Shown here in pieces: positions 34,416 through 44,560 of a stretch of DNA of 64,000 nucleotides. The notes beneath the pieces were generated by a model. The model saw only the letters and a program-made list of their open reading frames with translations, searched no databases and was not told the DNA's origin. Origin of the DNA: Staphylococcus phage SAC; the sequence record OR234014.1; one strand, written 5' to 3'. A program made the position numbers and the translations under genes. The first letter of the stretch is position 1, and each line of letters begins with the position of its first letter.

Positions 34416-34519
34416 AGTTTATCAATCCCTTTTCTTTTATTTGTATTTCCTTAATTACATTATATCAAATATACAGTTAATTGCAATAGTTTTAGTTAAT
34501 TATTTTGGGAAGTTTTACA

Positions 34520-34780
34520 CTAATGATTATTCAGTAATTCTTTTATTACGTCTGGTGCTAGTGTTGTTATGTCATAGTCTTGTCTTAACTCATCTAAACT
34601 ATTGTACTGTTTAATCGTTCCGCTGTCTTTGTCACTGCCTTTAATTGTTTGTTTGCTTACTGTTTCGTTAATAGCTTCATCAATATCAGTGAAGCTATTA
34701 ACGTTGTCCATTATATCTATAAGTTCTTTATCAGATAAGTTCATGTGTAATGTCTCCTTAGAATAGCATTTGTTCTGCAT
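34520..34780 (-). CDS. Hypothetical early protein (86 aa)
   Basis: ORF in operon orientation. Confidence 0.5.
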   Translation of the reverse strand: MQNKCYSKETLHMNLSDKELIDIMDNVNSFTDIDEAINETVSKQTIKGSDKDSGTIKQYNSLDELRQDYDITTLAPDVIKELLNNH

Positions 34781-35108
34781 TAAATTCTAGTGTTTCAATA
34801 TCCATAATCATTTGTTCAAATTGTTCTTTGTTCATGTGGTTTAAGATAACGTTAGTAAAGTGTTCTGCTTTGTCTTGTGCTAATATAGCTCCCTCGTAAG
34901 TGCTATAATCAATGTTAGATGGTTTACGTTCTGCTTGTGTTAATGCTTCCTTGTTTAATAACTGTTGTTCTAAGTGGTTGTATTTATCTAATGCATCATA
35001 TTCAACAAGCTCTGTCATAACCGCTTCCTCAATTGCTAAAACTAATAATCTTTCAAGTTTAGTGTTTCCGTTTGCCATTTCTTTTACTGTGTTTTTCATT
35101 ATAATCAA
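34758..35108 (-). CDS. Acidic early protein (116 aa), paralogue of 34071-34415
   Basis: See the paralogue; promoter about 45 nt upstream. Confidence 0.55.
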   Translation of the reverse strand: MIIMKNTVKEMANGNTKLERLLVLAIEEAVMTELVEYDALDKYNHLEQQLLNKEALTQAERKPSNIDYSTYEGAILAQDKAEHFTNVILNHMNKEQFEQMIMDIETLEFNAEQMLF

Positions 35109-35152
35109 TTCCTTTTCTGTTTGTTTTTTATTTGTTGTGTTCCTTACATCTA

Positions 35153-35215
35153 TTATATTACACTATCTTAGGTGTAGTGTCAACACTTTTTTAAAACTTT
35201 TTTAAGTTTTTTTTA
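35153..35215 (-). promoter_or_regulatory. Early promoter module (minus strand): A/T UP element, TTGACA, 17 nt, TAATAT. One of at least 6 near-identical copies (also about 35595-35675, 36030-36070, 36540-36580, 36990-37050, 37380-37430)
   Basis: RC reads aaaaaagtgTTGACActacacctaagatagtgTAATATAATagatgtaagg; a conserved ~70-bp block including the SD-proximal sequence. Confidence 0.6.
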
Positions 35216-35292
35216 GTGTTCTCTATAGTTACAATAGCATCCGTCTTTTGTGTTGAACGGTATTTCTTACCTTTGTATTTAAACTTAATCAT
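35191..35292 (-). CDS. Mini-ORF (33 aa) MIKFKYKGKKYRSTQKTDAIVTIENTKKNLKKF, paralogue of 36157-36303
   Basis: Hand translation; a near-identical DNA segment is duplicated 1 kb away. Confidence 0.4.
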   Translation of the reverse strand: MIKFKYKGKKYRSTQKTDAIVTIENTKKNLKKF

Positions 35293-35307
35293 GTTAATAA
35301 TCCCCTT

Positions 35308-35583
35308 TTATTTTGTTTGTACATTGCAATATAGTTTATATTCCAAGTAATCTTCTTTTTTGATGTATTCATTGAAATCCCCTATAACATTTGTTAGGTT
35401 TATCCATGAGTTTGTTGCCTTACTAAAACCTCTTAGTGTTATTAATCCAGTAGGCAATTTGAATTGTTCTCTTTTTAATCCTAATTCTTTTCCTATGCTG
35501 TCTTTGATGTATTTAACATCTTTTTTAATTTCTGTTATTGTTGTTTTTGGTTTAGTTTCTATTTTAATATTCATGTGTATCAA
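35308..35583 (-). CDS. Hypothetical early protein (91 aa)
   Basis: ORF plus promoter module upstream. Confidence 0.5.
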   Translation of the reverse strand: MIHMNIKIETKPKTTITEIKKDVKYIKDSIGKELGLKREQFKLPTGLITLRGFSKATNSWINLTNVIGDFNEYIKKEDYLEYKLYCNVQTK

Positions 35584-35700
35584 TCCTTTTCTGTTTGTTT
35601 ACTACATCTATTATATTACACTATCTTAATGATAGTGTCAACACTTTTTTAAAACTTTTTTAAGTTTTTTTATTTGTTTGCTGTTCTTTGTTGTGTTCCT

Positions 35701-35991
35701 TTATAGTCTTCCTGCATTAATAAATAACTCTAACTGTTTGTTTAACTCATCCATAATAAAGCTATCAAGTTCATGAGCAGTAATATTATATTTCTTGTTT
35801 CCTGATGTCATTGAAACTACATTGTACACGTTATCGAATTTGTTAAAGTAAATACCATATTGTAACAAACCCCAATCATTAACATAAATATCAGTAACAT
35901 CTAAGTTATTATGTTTGCTTGAAGCTTCGTTCTGTGTTCTAATAACTGTATAATCTTGGTTTAATTCTTCTAAAGTTTTATAGTTTTTCAT
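35701..35991 (-). CDS. Hypothetical early protein (96 aa)
   Basis: ORF in operon orientation. Confidence 0.5.
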   Translation of the reverse strand: MKNYKTLEELNQDYTVIRTQNEASSKHNNLDVTDIYVNDWGLLQYGIYFNKFDNVYNVVSMTSGNKKYNITAHELDSFIMDELNKQLELFINAGRL

Positions 35992-36156
35992 AAGTAATCA
36001 ATCCCTCTTCTTTTTTTGTTTGTTGTGTTCCTTACTACAATTAATATATTACAGTATAAGCTCGTATTTGTAAAGTATTATATCAAAGAAATAAGGGAAG
36101 TTTTACACTAATGTGAAGCGGTTATATAGGCATAAAAAAATAAGGGTGGTTAGCCC

Positions 36157-36303
36157 TTATCTAATAAATATATTAATATTCTCTTGTAATCTAATAAACC
36201 AGTCTATCAATGTGATTACTGCTGTACCACCTAGAATAGTTACAATAGCATCTGTATTTTGTGTTGAGCGGTATTTCTTGCCTTTATATTTAACTTTAAT
36301 CAT
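36157..36303 (-). CDS. Mini-ORF (48 aa) MIKVKYKGKKYRSTQNTDAIVTILGG... with C-terminal TM, paralogue of 35191-35292
   Basis: Hand translation; preferred over the antisense track ORF 36113-36334. Confidence 0.4.
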   Translation of the reverse strand: MIKVKYKGKKYRSTQNTDAIVTILGGTAVITLIDWFIRLQENINIFIR

Positions 36304-36355
36304 TGTGTATCAATCCCTTATTTTTATTTTTTAAGCCTATGTAATAGGCTTTTGG

Positions 36356-36502
36356 CTATGACCAATTTATATCTTGTCTTTCTTTCTCTAGTTTTACCAG
36401 TTGTCTACGTAAAAAACGTGCTAACTCTCTGCTATTCCTACCATATATTAAGGCTTGCTGTACCTCGTCAATTTCTCTTAAAACTATTCTTATATCTCTC
36501 AT
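36356..36502 (-). CDS. Mini-ORF (48 aa) MRDIRIVLREIDEVQQALIYGRNSRELARFLRRQLVKLEKERQDINWS
   Basis: Hand translation; SD AAGGCGGG. Confidence 0.4.
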   Translation of the reverse strand: MRDIRIVLREIDEVQQALIYGRNSRELARFLRRQLVKLEKERQDINWS

Positions 36503-36583
36503 TTTAATACCCGCCTTTTTTGATTTGTTTTTGTATTACATCTATTATATTACAGTATCTTAAATGTAATGTCAAACATTATT

Positions 36584-36817
36584 TTAACCTTTTTTAACAA
36601 GTTTTGTTTTTCCATTTTCAAGTGTTAGTTTCACGCATTTGTCTGTTGTTGTAATTTCTTTTACATTGCTATTGTAAAGAGCATGACAAGCTTTATTAAT
36701 ATGATAGTATAAATCATCACATTCTTCCATATCTGACCACAGTCTATAATCATTTGATATAGAACCTTGTGCTTTAATTCTGTTATAAGTTCCTTTAATG
36801 TAATATAAATATTTCAT
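36584..36817 (-). CDS. Hypothetical early protein (77 aa)
   Basis: ORF in operon orientation. Confidence 0.5.
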   Translation of the reverse strand: MKYLYYIKGTYNRIKAQGSISNDYRLWSDMEECDDLYYHINKACHALYNSNVKEITTTDKCVKLTLENGKTKLVKKG

Positions 36818-36819
36818 AT

Positions 36820-36975
36820 TATTTAACCTCCGTATAGTGTATTACAAGGCTATAACCTTGCTTTGTTGGTTCGTGGTATGCTCGTGTGATAATTACGTTG
36901 TTTTCTCTCTCGAATTGTTCCATTTCATAGCCGTAGTTCTTATATGGTTTACTGTTAGTAATTAGTGTTTTCATA
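36820..36975 (-). CDS. Mini-ORF (51 aa) MKTLITNSKPYKNYGYEMEQFERENNVIITRAYHEPTKQGYSLVIHYTEVK
   Basis: Hand translation; its stop is 2 nt before the next gene's ATG. Confidence 0.4.
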
Positions 36976-37046
36976 ATTAATCAATTCCTTTTCTGTTTGT
37001 TTACTACATCTATTATATTACACTATCTTAATGATAGTGTCAACTA

Positions 37047-37361
37047 TTATTTTAACTTTTTTTCTTTAATAATTTCTGCATTCTCATTCACTAGGTATAA
37101 CGTATTATCTAGCTCTATAAATAAGTGTTTGTTCACTACCTTAACATTAATGTTAATTGGTAATCTATTTGAATGTGATACGCTAAAGACTTTCGTTTCT
37201 TTAAATAGTTCTAATGTTTCATAACTACCATCAATGTAAGCTAAATATTTAACTTGATAATGTGTTGAGTATTTTAAGTCATTTCTATAGTAGTTATTGC
37301 TTTTGTAACCGTCCATGTCTAAAAGTTCTATTAGTATATCTCCAATTTGATTTACGTTCAT
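37047..37361 (-). CDS. Hypothetical early protein (104 aa)
   Basis: ORF plus promoter module upstream. Confidence 0.5.
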   Translation of the reverse strand: MNVNQIGDILIELLDMDGYKSNNYYRNDLKYSTHYQVKYLAYIDGSYETLELFKETKVFSVSHSNRLPININVKVVNKHLFIELDNTLYLVNENAEIIKEKKLK

Positions 37362-37914
37362 ATCTTATCAATTCCTTTCGGTTTGTTTACTACGCTTATT
37401 ATATTACAGTATCTTGTATTTAATGTCAATAGGTTATACGAAAGTTTTTCAAAAGAAATGATTTCTTACTATTATATAGAAGAAACTAGAAATTACAGCT
37501 TAAATTAATTATTATAATCAATCGATTTAATTGTATACAATGCAGTGTAAAAATAACCATTTAATTTGATTAAAGGTATTGCATTTATATGTCAGTCTAT
37601 TAAAAGAAATAATGATATAGAAACAATAAAAAAGTTAGAAAAAGAATTACAAGAATTATATAAAAGAATTATATAAAAGAGTTATAGATTAGGCTATTAA
37701 CCTAATCTTTTTTTATGTTGTTTGAAGCGGTTAATATAAAGGGAAAACAGCGCCTGCTACTTAGGAAAATCATAGATTTATACTTATGATGTTTATAACA
37801 GTAAGAGAGCATTAAGCTTATAGGTCTATATTCAACGGTAATACTTTTTAGGTAGTATTTATCCTATAATATTTACTTGCTTATATAAGGTAGTTAAATA
37901 GGCAATACAAGCAT

Positions 37915-37945
37915 ATGAAAAAGCTAGAGTAAAGCAACCCTAGCT
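37915..37945 (-). terminator. Rho-independent terminator (minus strand)
   Basis: RC agctagggttgctttactctagct followed by TTTTT. Confidence 0.5.
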
Positions 37946-38351
37946 ACTTAATTTGATTCAAAATATCCTTAACAGCTTCTAATGTTAAATCTGATAACTT
38001 AATATTCTTATCACTATTAGTATCAATAATTACAGTATAGTTATCTACATCATACTGTATAACTTTAAGTACTGAATAAGTAACTAACTCGTATTCTGTA
38101 TGTGTGTGATATTCTATCATTGCGTACCCTATACCTAATTCAGTTAAGATAGGTTCTAATGTTTTTCTTCTCTCCATAAAATCTTTAATAGTATATTGCA
38201 TACCGTCTTTACTTAAAAATGCAGGCTCGTCATTGTAAATATAAAATAAATTCTCAATAAGTTCTAGTAAATCTTCTTCTGTTCCCTCACAAAGACTTAC
38301 TGTATAAAGTAATTCATCGTATAATTTATCCTTTGCTTCTTGAATATTCAT
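37944..38351 (-). CDS. Hypothetical early protein (135 aa)
   Basis: ORF in operon orientation. Confidence 0.55.
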   Translation of the reverse strand: MNIQEAKDKLYDELLYTVSLCEGTEEDLLELIENLFYIYNDEPAFLSKDGMQYTIKDFMERRKTLEPILTELGIGYAMIEYHTHTEYELVTYSVLKVIQYDVDNYTVIIDTNSDKNIKLSDLTLEAVKDILNQIK

Positions 38352-38971
38352 TGATATTCCTCCTTTATCCTATCCTAAGTGTATCATAAGTTTTAGGTAA
38401 TGTAAAGTATTTTATTTTAACCAGTATCTAACTTATCCGCTTCATTAATCCAACCTTAATTTAATCCCTGATACTTATCTTTTATCATACATACCTGTAA
38501 TAATTACTTGTCTGCAGAAAAGGTCTAAAGCTTTCATATTCAATATATTGTAGTAACAAAACATACTTAGCAACTTGTAACATAACTGTAATATTATTAT
38601 AATGCTGTTGTAACTAAATTCTCATCTAATTCTCATAAACATATGTTATAATCTAAACAACAATTAATTAGTTGTTAGTATTTTAATACGAATAACTTAT
38701 TACAGGCGTTACCTTGTTGTAGCGTAGCGTAAAACAACAAGGTATACGCTGTTTTGTTCTTATCTTTTTAAAAAGATAAGTCGTACGGTTAGTACGAAAT
38801 ACAAATATATAAATAAGTAATAACAAATATTTATACATAACTAACAGATAAATATACAAATTATTAGATTAACTATGTTGAAACGGGCATACTATGCTCA
38901 AATTGATATACAATTATTAGCCAAGATTAAATACAACATAATTACTCAGAATATAAATATAATATAAAAAA

Positions 38972-39000
38972 GAAGCGGTTTAATACCGCTTCTACTTCTT
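38972..39000 (-). terminator. Rho-independent terminator (minus strand; bidirectional-capable)
   Basis: A6-gaagcgg-tttaata-ccgcttc; on the minus strand the hairpin is followed by TTTTTT. Confidence 0.65.
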
Positions 39001-39160
39001 CAATATGATATTATAAATACTGTTTATCTTCTTTAACTAACCTTAATAAAGCATACTCATTCTCAATGACACTATAACCCTATAAGATATCTTGTAATAT
39101 TAATCTAGTCCCTACAGGTGTTAGTGTACATACTGATGTTCATTAAAGTCAGCCTCTCTA

Positions 39161-39442
39161 TTATTTACCAAATCTTTCTTTAGCAATCTTTTTCATTTGC
39201 TCTTTGCGCTCATTACTTACCGGTTTTCTTAATGTAATTAAATCCTCATCTAATACAACTTTAACCAATACTGGTGTTTCATTTTCTAATTGTTCTAATA
39301 CTTCCACCTTATCAGGGTACTTTTTCATAATATCAGTAATATAAGGTTTTCTACTTGCATAAATAATCCATTGCCCTTGATTATAATTCATACTTACTTC
39401 TTGTTCTTCAAAACTATATCCTCTACTTACAACTTTAGTCAT
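39161..39442 (-). CDS. Hypothetical early protein (93 aa)
   Basis: ORF in operon orientation. Confidence 0.5.
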   Translation of the reverse strand: MTKVVSRGYSFEEQEVSMNYNQGQWIIYASRKPYITDIMKKYPDKVEVLEQLENETPVLVKVVLDEDLITLRKPVSNERKEQMKKIAKERFGK

Positions 39443-39568
39443 TCTAATACCCTCCTTTATATTTAAGACCCTTAAGCTAGGGACGTTATAGTTCTATATT
39501 AAACGATAATCATTTTCTAGTAGTATTTATCCTATAAAATAACTTAATCTTTAAGAGCCTAATAACCT

Positions 39569-39877
39569 TTATAATAAATTAGTGATTAACCTAACTGTTT
39601 CTAAGGTAATAGGGTTGCTTTTACTGTCTACATAAGACAGTTCACTATCGAAACCAGAACCACTTAAATAGATTTGATTACGTTCCACATTAAATACAAT
39701 TAATTTAGTAGGGTCTACTTTACTAAACACTACTACATATTCCTTGCCATTGGCTAAAGGAAGAATAGCTCCGCCTGTTATTTTTTGAATTTTTTTGATT
39801 ACAACAGAATCGTCTTCCATCATAGTTTCTTCTTTGTTCATACCTTCTTGTACTATTTTTCTTTTTATTGTTTTCAT
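39569..39877 (-). CDS. Hypothetical early protein (102 aa)
   Basis: ORF. Confidence 0.5.
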   Translation of the reverse strand: MKTIKRKIVQEGMNKEETMMEDDSVVIKKIQKITGGAILPLANGKEYVVVFSKVDPTKLIVFNVERNQIYLSGSGFDSELSYVDSKSNPITLETVRLITNLL

Positions 39878-39879
39878 TG

Positions 39880-40089
39880 TTATTTCCCCTTATCCATAAA
39901 TACAGTAACTATAATGTTTTGTAAACACTTAATAATCTTATCTCTTTGAGTGTCAGATACTTCATACAAGTCTTCTGTATTATCTAAGAAGCGGTTAAAT
40001 TCATCTTGATTAGTAAAATCTACACCTTTATTAGTCTCATCTAAAAATTTCTCAATAACTCTTTCTGCTATTTTTTTATTACTACTCAT
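39880..40089 (-). CDS. Hypothetical early protein (69 aa)
   Basis: ORF. Confidence 0.5.
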   Translation of the reverse strand: MSSNKKIAERVIEKFLDETNKGVDFTNQDEFNRFLDNTEDLYEVSDTQRDKIIKCLQNIIVTVFMDKGK

Positions 40090-40103
40090 TATCTATTCTC
40101 CTT

Positions 40104-40406
40104 TTATTTTTTAGTAACTGTATAATACTCGTCATTAGTAAGTTTACTAATATCTATATCTTCTTCAGAAAAATATAGATTTTTATCATCTTTACTTAAT
40201 TGTTTTAATACACTATCAATGTATATAGGTAATACCTTCCCATCATTAAAAACCACATCAATACTATCTTTTAAGTATATATGATTCTCATCTATGATTG
40301 TATAAATATTATAATCTTCTAATACCTTACTCCCAATTAACGCTACTTTTCCGTTACTCATATTAAGAACTCCTTTTATATAATATTTGAAGTGGTTATA
40401 CTTCAT
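40104..40406 (-). CDS. Hypothetical early protein (100 aa)
   Basis: ORF. Confidence 0.5.
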   Translation of the reverse strand: MKYNHFKYYIKGVLNMSNGKVALIGSKVLEDYNIYTIIDENHIYLKDSIDVVFNDGKVLPIYIDSVLKQLSKDDKNLYFSEEDIDISKLTNDEYYTVTKK

Positions 40407-41133
40407 TCATAGGATATTCCAGATAATACTTAATTGTTTGTAAAGGTTTATGTACATTAGTGCCATAACCATAGGAATAAATTCCATAAGTATCAGAGTA
40501 AAATTTCTTTATATCAATTAACTCAACTTCTCTATATACTACAACATTATATGGAGATACTACAAACTCATAATCTCCTCCCATAAAAGTATTATATAGT
40601 ACTTGTTTTAACTCAAGACCACTAGTGACTATATCCTTATAGAAGAAGTTGAGATAGTTATCTACTGTATTAAGAAAGTCTTTTACACCTGTATACTCTT
40701 TATAAATATTAATCCAACCTAATTCTAATTCATAATATAGGTTACCCTCTTCATCAAAACTTAGTTTAAGTTTAACCGTATCAATATCTTTACGATGTAT
40801 ATTAAAAGATTGCTCTAAGAAACCTACATCCCAAATATGCTTAACTCCATTAAAATTCTTTAAACCTTTGATACTTAACTGAGCAATAGCTTTGGACATT
40901 AACTTTTCTTCTTTGGTATTTAACTTATGTCTTGATAAGTATTCATAACCATTAAAGTCATATACATATTGGTTATCATCTTTACCTACGCTAATTGACT
41001 TTAAATATTTTTTATTAGTTTCTACATAGTATAAAACACCACCAAGACCAAATAATCCTAAAAAACCACCAATATAATCAACAGAGTAACCTTGTTTCTT
41101 ATACTCTTTAATTTCTTTTCTCTTACTAAACAC
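40396..41133 (-). CDS. Hypothetical protein with N-terminal TM segment (245 aa)
   Basis: GGFLGLFGLGGVLYY hydrophobic segment. Confidence 0.55.
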   Translation of the reverse strand: MFSKRKEIKEYKKQGYSVDYIGGFLGLFGLGGVLYYVETNKKYLKSISVGKDDNQYVYDFNGYEYLSRHKLNTKEEKLMSKAIAQLSIKGLKNFNGVKHIWDVGFLEQSFNIHRKDIDTVKLKLSFDEEGNLYYELELGWINIYKEYTGVKDFLNTVDNYLNFFYKDIVTSGLELKQVLYNTFMGGDYEFVVSPYNVVVYREVELIDIKKFYSDTYGIYSYGYGTNVHKPLQTIKYYLEYPMNEV

Positions 41134-41152
41134 TATAGCACTCCCTTATACA

Positions 41153-41512
41153 TTATTCTACTTGCTCTTCCATAGATTGAATTGTATGTAGTACCATAGT
41201 AGCTAAATCTCTAATTATCTCAAGTTCATCACTATCTTCATATACATTAGTTAAAGTATCACAGAAAGAGCATGAACCGTAAAAATCACTAACAGTGATA
41301 TCTGGAACACCCTCTACCTTTGATTTAAATTTAGATATAATAGTACCTGAGTAACCATCACCATCATTAATAACAATAGGGTTTGTGTCATGTGTATCTT
41401 TCAACACTAACTCCCCTGCTAACTTGTGTAAGTCTTCATAGAAATAATGCTCATGTTCATCAATAAATTCCATAATATAATCTGTAGTTATACCTTTAGC
41501 TTGTTCTAACAT
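41153..41512 (-). CDS. Hypothetical acidic protein (119 aa)
   Basis: ORF. Confidence 0.5.
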   Translation of the reverse strand: MLEQAKGITTDYIMEFIDEHEHYFYEDLHKLAGELVLKDTHDTNPIVINDGDGYSGTIISKFKSKVEGVPDITVSDFYGSCSFCDTLTNVYEDSDELEIIRDLATMVLHTIQSMEEQVE

Positions 41513-41537
41513 TATATTTTCCTCCTTATTTTTACAA

Positions 41538-41939
41538 TTATTTTAAATTATCTATCGTACTCTTAATCAAATATCCTTCTGGATTAAAAATCTCTTGAAT
41601 AGCAATAGGCAAGCCTATTAATAGCACTAAAAAAGAAATAATAGACAGAGTAACAGCAAATATAATTACTGTGCATCCTGCAGCAGAAAGCTCTTTTTCA
41701 TTCTTATAAACAAACTCAAATAATAGGGTACTATGACCTTCATTAGACTTTTTATCTGACTTATACAAAGCCACCCATAAGATAGCTGTTATAGATAATA
41801 ATATACTTATTGAACATAAATCTATAATACCTTGAGTAACTGTGTATTTAATTAAGGATTCATAACCATGTGTACCTGCTTGCTCTAACTTACCACCTAA
41901 ACTATCTAAACGTTCTAATACTTCTTTATTCATATCCAT
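41538..41939 (-). CDS. Membrane protein, 2 TM (133 aa)
   Basis: IDLCSISILLSITAILWVALY and CTVIIFAVTLSIISFLVLLIGLPIAI helices. Confidence 0.55.
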   Translation of the reverse strand: MDMNKEVLERLDSLGGKLEQAGTHGYESLIKYTVTQGIIDLCSISILLSITAILWVALYKSDKKSNEGHSTLLFEFVYKNEKELSAAGCTVIIFAVTLSIISFLVLLIGLPIAIQEIFNPEGYLIKSTIDNLK

Positions 41940-42089
41940 ATTATATTCACTCCTTTAATCTTTATATACTAAGTATAAACCTTAACACACATAAAATCAA
42001 CACATTTATGTAAGAGATATAAAAAAATACCTATAGTTATAATAGCTATAGGTATAAATTTTCATATAGAAGCGGTTATATATAATACT

Positions 42090-42398
42090 CTACTTACCTA
42101 GGAACGTACGAATTTCCTTTAGACGCTCTTTTTCTTTTCTGCACTTTTCATCTAAAGATTCCTCATAGTAATCAATAAGACTATAGATACTACTGAATCC
42201 TTTAGGTAGTAATGTGTCACTGTTAATAACCTCTTTTACTACTCTACCATTTTTGATAAACTTCATGTTATTATAATGTTTATCATCATTAACTTTAATA
42301 CAGTAACCTTCACCTAAGTCATAAGTATACCAATCCCCACTACCAAAGTTACAATGACCTAATATATACTCAAATAATTCACTTACCATAATATCCAT
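42090..42398 (-). CDS. Hypothetical early protein (102 aa)
   Basis: ORF. Confidence 0.5.
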   Translation of the reverse strand: MDIMVSELFEYILGHCNFGSGDWYTYDLGEGYCIKVNDDKHYNNMKFIKNGRVVKEVINSDTLLPKGFSSIYSLIDYYEESLDEKCRKEKERLKEIRTFLGK

Positions 42399-42745
42399 TA
42401 TTCTAACCTCCCATACTCATACATAACTTTATTTTCATATTCTGTATATAAATACCCTAGTAATATATAGATATTAGTATACAAACCTTCTAGCTCCTCT
42501 AAGTCTTTAATTGTTCCCACCTCAAGCGTATCACTCAAAGGAAATACTATATTATCCGCTTCCTCAAACCTAGCAATGATATGGTTGTCTTTATATACAA
42601 GAATATAAATAAGGCTATTACCTACTCTACACCTTACTTTATAACCCCTACCTAAGTACACCTCATAATCTGTAATATTCTCCATTATGCCAGTAACTTC
42701 TCCATACTTCCTACAAAACTTAGCTAATTTTGACATAGTAACCAA
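42398..42745 (-). CDS. Hypothetical early protein (115 aa)
   Basis: ORF; ATGA overlap with the downstream gene. Confidence 0.5.
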   Translation of the reverse strand: MVTMSKLAKFCRKYGEVTGIMENITDYEVYLGRGYKVRCRVGNSLIYILVYKDNHIIARFEEADNIVFPLSDTLEVGTIKDLEELEGLYTNIYILLGYLYTEYENKVMYEYGRLE

Positions 42746-42870
42746 CTCCTTTTTTACCTTTTAAACTTTTCTTCTAGGGAAAACCTATCTAATTTTACCT
42801 AAATGTCAACCATAGAATGCGGGTTCAAGCCCTATTTTTACCTTTGACTACTTTTTCCTAGAGAAAAACT

Positions 42871-43209
42871 TTAGTTATACTGTTCTACTTGTTCTCCAAA
42901 TATATTATACATATATTTTTGATAAGCACTATCTTTTAAATACTTATCATACTCATCTACTAGTATCTTATACATATTACTAACTACATCTTTCAATAAG
43001 GAAACATACACCTTACCTGTACCTTGTACTACTACTTCATACTCACTCATATCATCATATACCATAATAGCACAACCAAAATAAGTATCTTCCAGAAAGA
43101 ACCTATAAATATACTTATCATCACTTGTTCTTATACAATTTGTATACTTAAACTCACCTATACCTGATTTATTATGTAACACTCTATCTAGTATATCTAA
43201 TTCTTCCAT
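42871..43209 (-). CDS. Hypothetical early protein (112 aa)
   Basis: ORF. Confidence 0.5.
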   Translation of the reverse strand: MEELDILDRVLHNKSGIGEFKYTNCIRTSDDKYIYRFFLEDTYFGCAIMVYDDMSEYEVVVQGTGKVYVSLLKDVVSNMYKILVDEYDKYLKDSAYQKYMYNIFGEQVEQYN

Positions 43210-43222
43210 AATAAGCCCCTTT

Positions 43223-43366
43223 CTATTGTGTTAATAAAACACCTACTCCATATATAAACATAATCAATATAAGTATAGTTAAAAACACTGCTAACTTAAA
43301 TCTATTACTATTACCTTCTTTACTATATACTCTATAACATATATCTATATCTATAACTAAATACAT
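43223..43366 (-). CDS. Small membrane mini-ORF (~47 aa)
   Basis: Hand translation MYLVIDIDICYRVYSKEGNSNRFKLAVFLTILILIMFIYGVGVLLTQ; coordinates approximate. Confidence 0.3.
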   Translation of the reverse strand: MYLVIDIDICYRVYSKEGNSNRFKLAVFLTILILIMFIYGVGVLLTQ

Positions 43367-43414
43367 TAATGATAAACTTACTACAAAGTAACCTATACTA
43401 ATACCCTCTTTCTA

Positions 43415-43615
43415 TTACATACCTAACATATGTAGTATTATAGAAGCAAAAACTAAAACAGTTAAAACAAAAGAAACAATAAGATATATACTAAAAAACA
43501 CTTCTTTCTGCTTAATAGATTTAACTATATCAGTAATTAAAGCACTAAGCATACCAACTATAATACTAATACCTAAAATACTAACCGCAATATACATTAA
43601 AGTTGAACTTATCAT
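43415..43615 (-). CDS. Small membrane protein (66 aa)
   Basis: Two hydrophobic helices. Confidence 0.5.
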   Translation of the reverse strand: MISSTLMYIAVSILGISIIVGMLSALITDIVKSIKQKEVFFSIYLIVSFVLTVLVFASIILHMLGM

Positions 43616-43855
43616 CTACAACTCTCCTATATAATAAAGTACTCTACTTACTATGTAACCTAAACTCAAAACAATAGAAATAGTACCAATACAAATACTC
43701 ATAAATAATAAACCAAACACACAAGCTGATTCTAAATCACTAACACTATCATAATTATCAAGTACATGCTTATAATACTTCTTACCAAACCTTATACTTA
43801 GTACAATACCAATAGTAGCTAAAAATATAGCAACGATACTTATAAATATACTCAT
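43616..43855 (-). CDS. Small membrane protein (79 aa)
   Basis: Hydrophobic helices; adjacent to three other TM mini-proteins. Confidence 0.5.
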   Translation of the reverse strand: MSIFISIVAIFLATIGIVLSIRFGKKYYKHVLDNYDSVSDLESACVFGLLFMSICIGTISIVLSLGYIVSRVLYYIGEL

Positions 43856-43920
43856 AAACTAATCCCCCTTTTTATTGAAGCGGTTTTTATTTCCATTACT
43901 TACCTTACAAAAACCGCTTC

Positions 43921-44106
43921 CTAAATACCAAATAAAGCTAATATACTTGATACCAGTACAACCGTCATAACTGTAAATGATACGATATTAGTCCACTTAT
44001 CAAACCTATCATACTTAATTGACTGAACCATTTCTACTAGAATAAAGGTATACATAAACAAAACCATTACAGCTACTATTGTAAGTAACATTGTTAGTCC
44101 TATCAT
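43921..44106 (-). CDS. Small membrane protein (61 aa)
   Basis: Two TM helices. Confidence 0.5.
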   Translation of the reverse strand: MIGLTMLLTIVAVMVLFMYTFILVEMVQSIKYDRFDKWTNIVSFTVMTVVLVSSILALFGI

Positions 44107-44108
44107 AT

Positions 44109-44303
44109 CTATCTCTCCTTCCTATCAGACATATGATGTAATACAGAGAGTATAAAAGCAAGTACAAAAGCAAGTACAAAAGGAATTAAACATGTAATAG
44201 GAATTACCTCTTCCCCTATGATTAAATTCCCTACCCACATACCTAAAATTACTCCTGCTAAACAAAATATATAACGTAAAATAAACTCCAATGCTTTACT
44301 CAA
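44109..44303 (-). CDS. Small membrane protein (64 aa)
   Basis: Two TM helices. Confidence 0.5.
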   Translation of the reverse strand: MSKALEFILRYIFCLAGVILGMWVGNLIIGEEVIPITCLIPFVLAFVLAFILSVLHHMSDRKER

Positions 44304-44350
44304 CTTACTTCCTCCTTTATAATTATTCTCAAGTATAACTTAACAAAATA

Positions 44351-44560
44351 CTACTTTAATAACCTTTGTTTAAAGAATCTTACTACGTCTTCACCATAAC
44401 ATACAGATAAAAATACATTATCCCCTGTAACCCTAAAACCACTATCTATACATCTATTTTCGATGTAGTAGTCATTAACTTTTAATGTACTCATGTCCCC
44501 TAAAACTTCTATTTTATATCCTAACTGATTTAAATGTACATAAATATCTGATAAACTCAT
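44351..44560 (-). CDS. Hypothetical early protein (69 aa)
   Basis: SD GAGGAG. Confidence 0.5.
   Translation of the reverse strand: MSLSDIYVHLNQLGYKIEVLGDMSTLKVNDYYIENRCIDSGFRVTGDNVFLSVCYGEDVVRFFKQRLLK

Noticed and set aside
36113-36334. Plus-strand 73-aa ORF
   Set aside because: Lies antisense within the minus-strand early operon and overlaps a paralogue-supported minus-strand mini-ORF (36157-36303)
37566-37716. Plus-strand 36-aa TTG-initiated ORF followed by a plus-oriented hairpin terminator inside the minus-strand early block
   Set aside because: No SD, TTG start, and AT-rich low-complexity translation. The terminator is real-looking but the coding call is too weak, so it is left unannotated
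42800-42830. tRNA T-arm-like string gcgggttcaagccc
   Set aside because: No complementary acceptor strands or anticodon stem nearby; lies in an ordinary intergenic spacer
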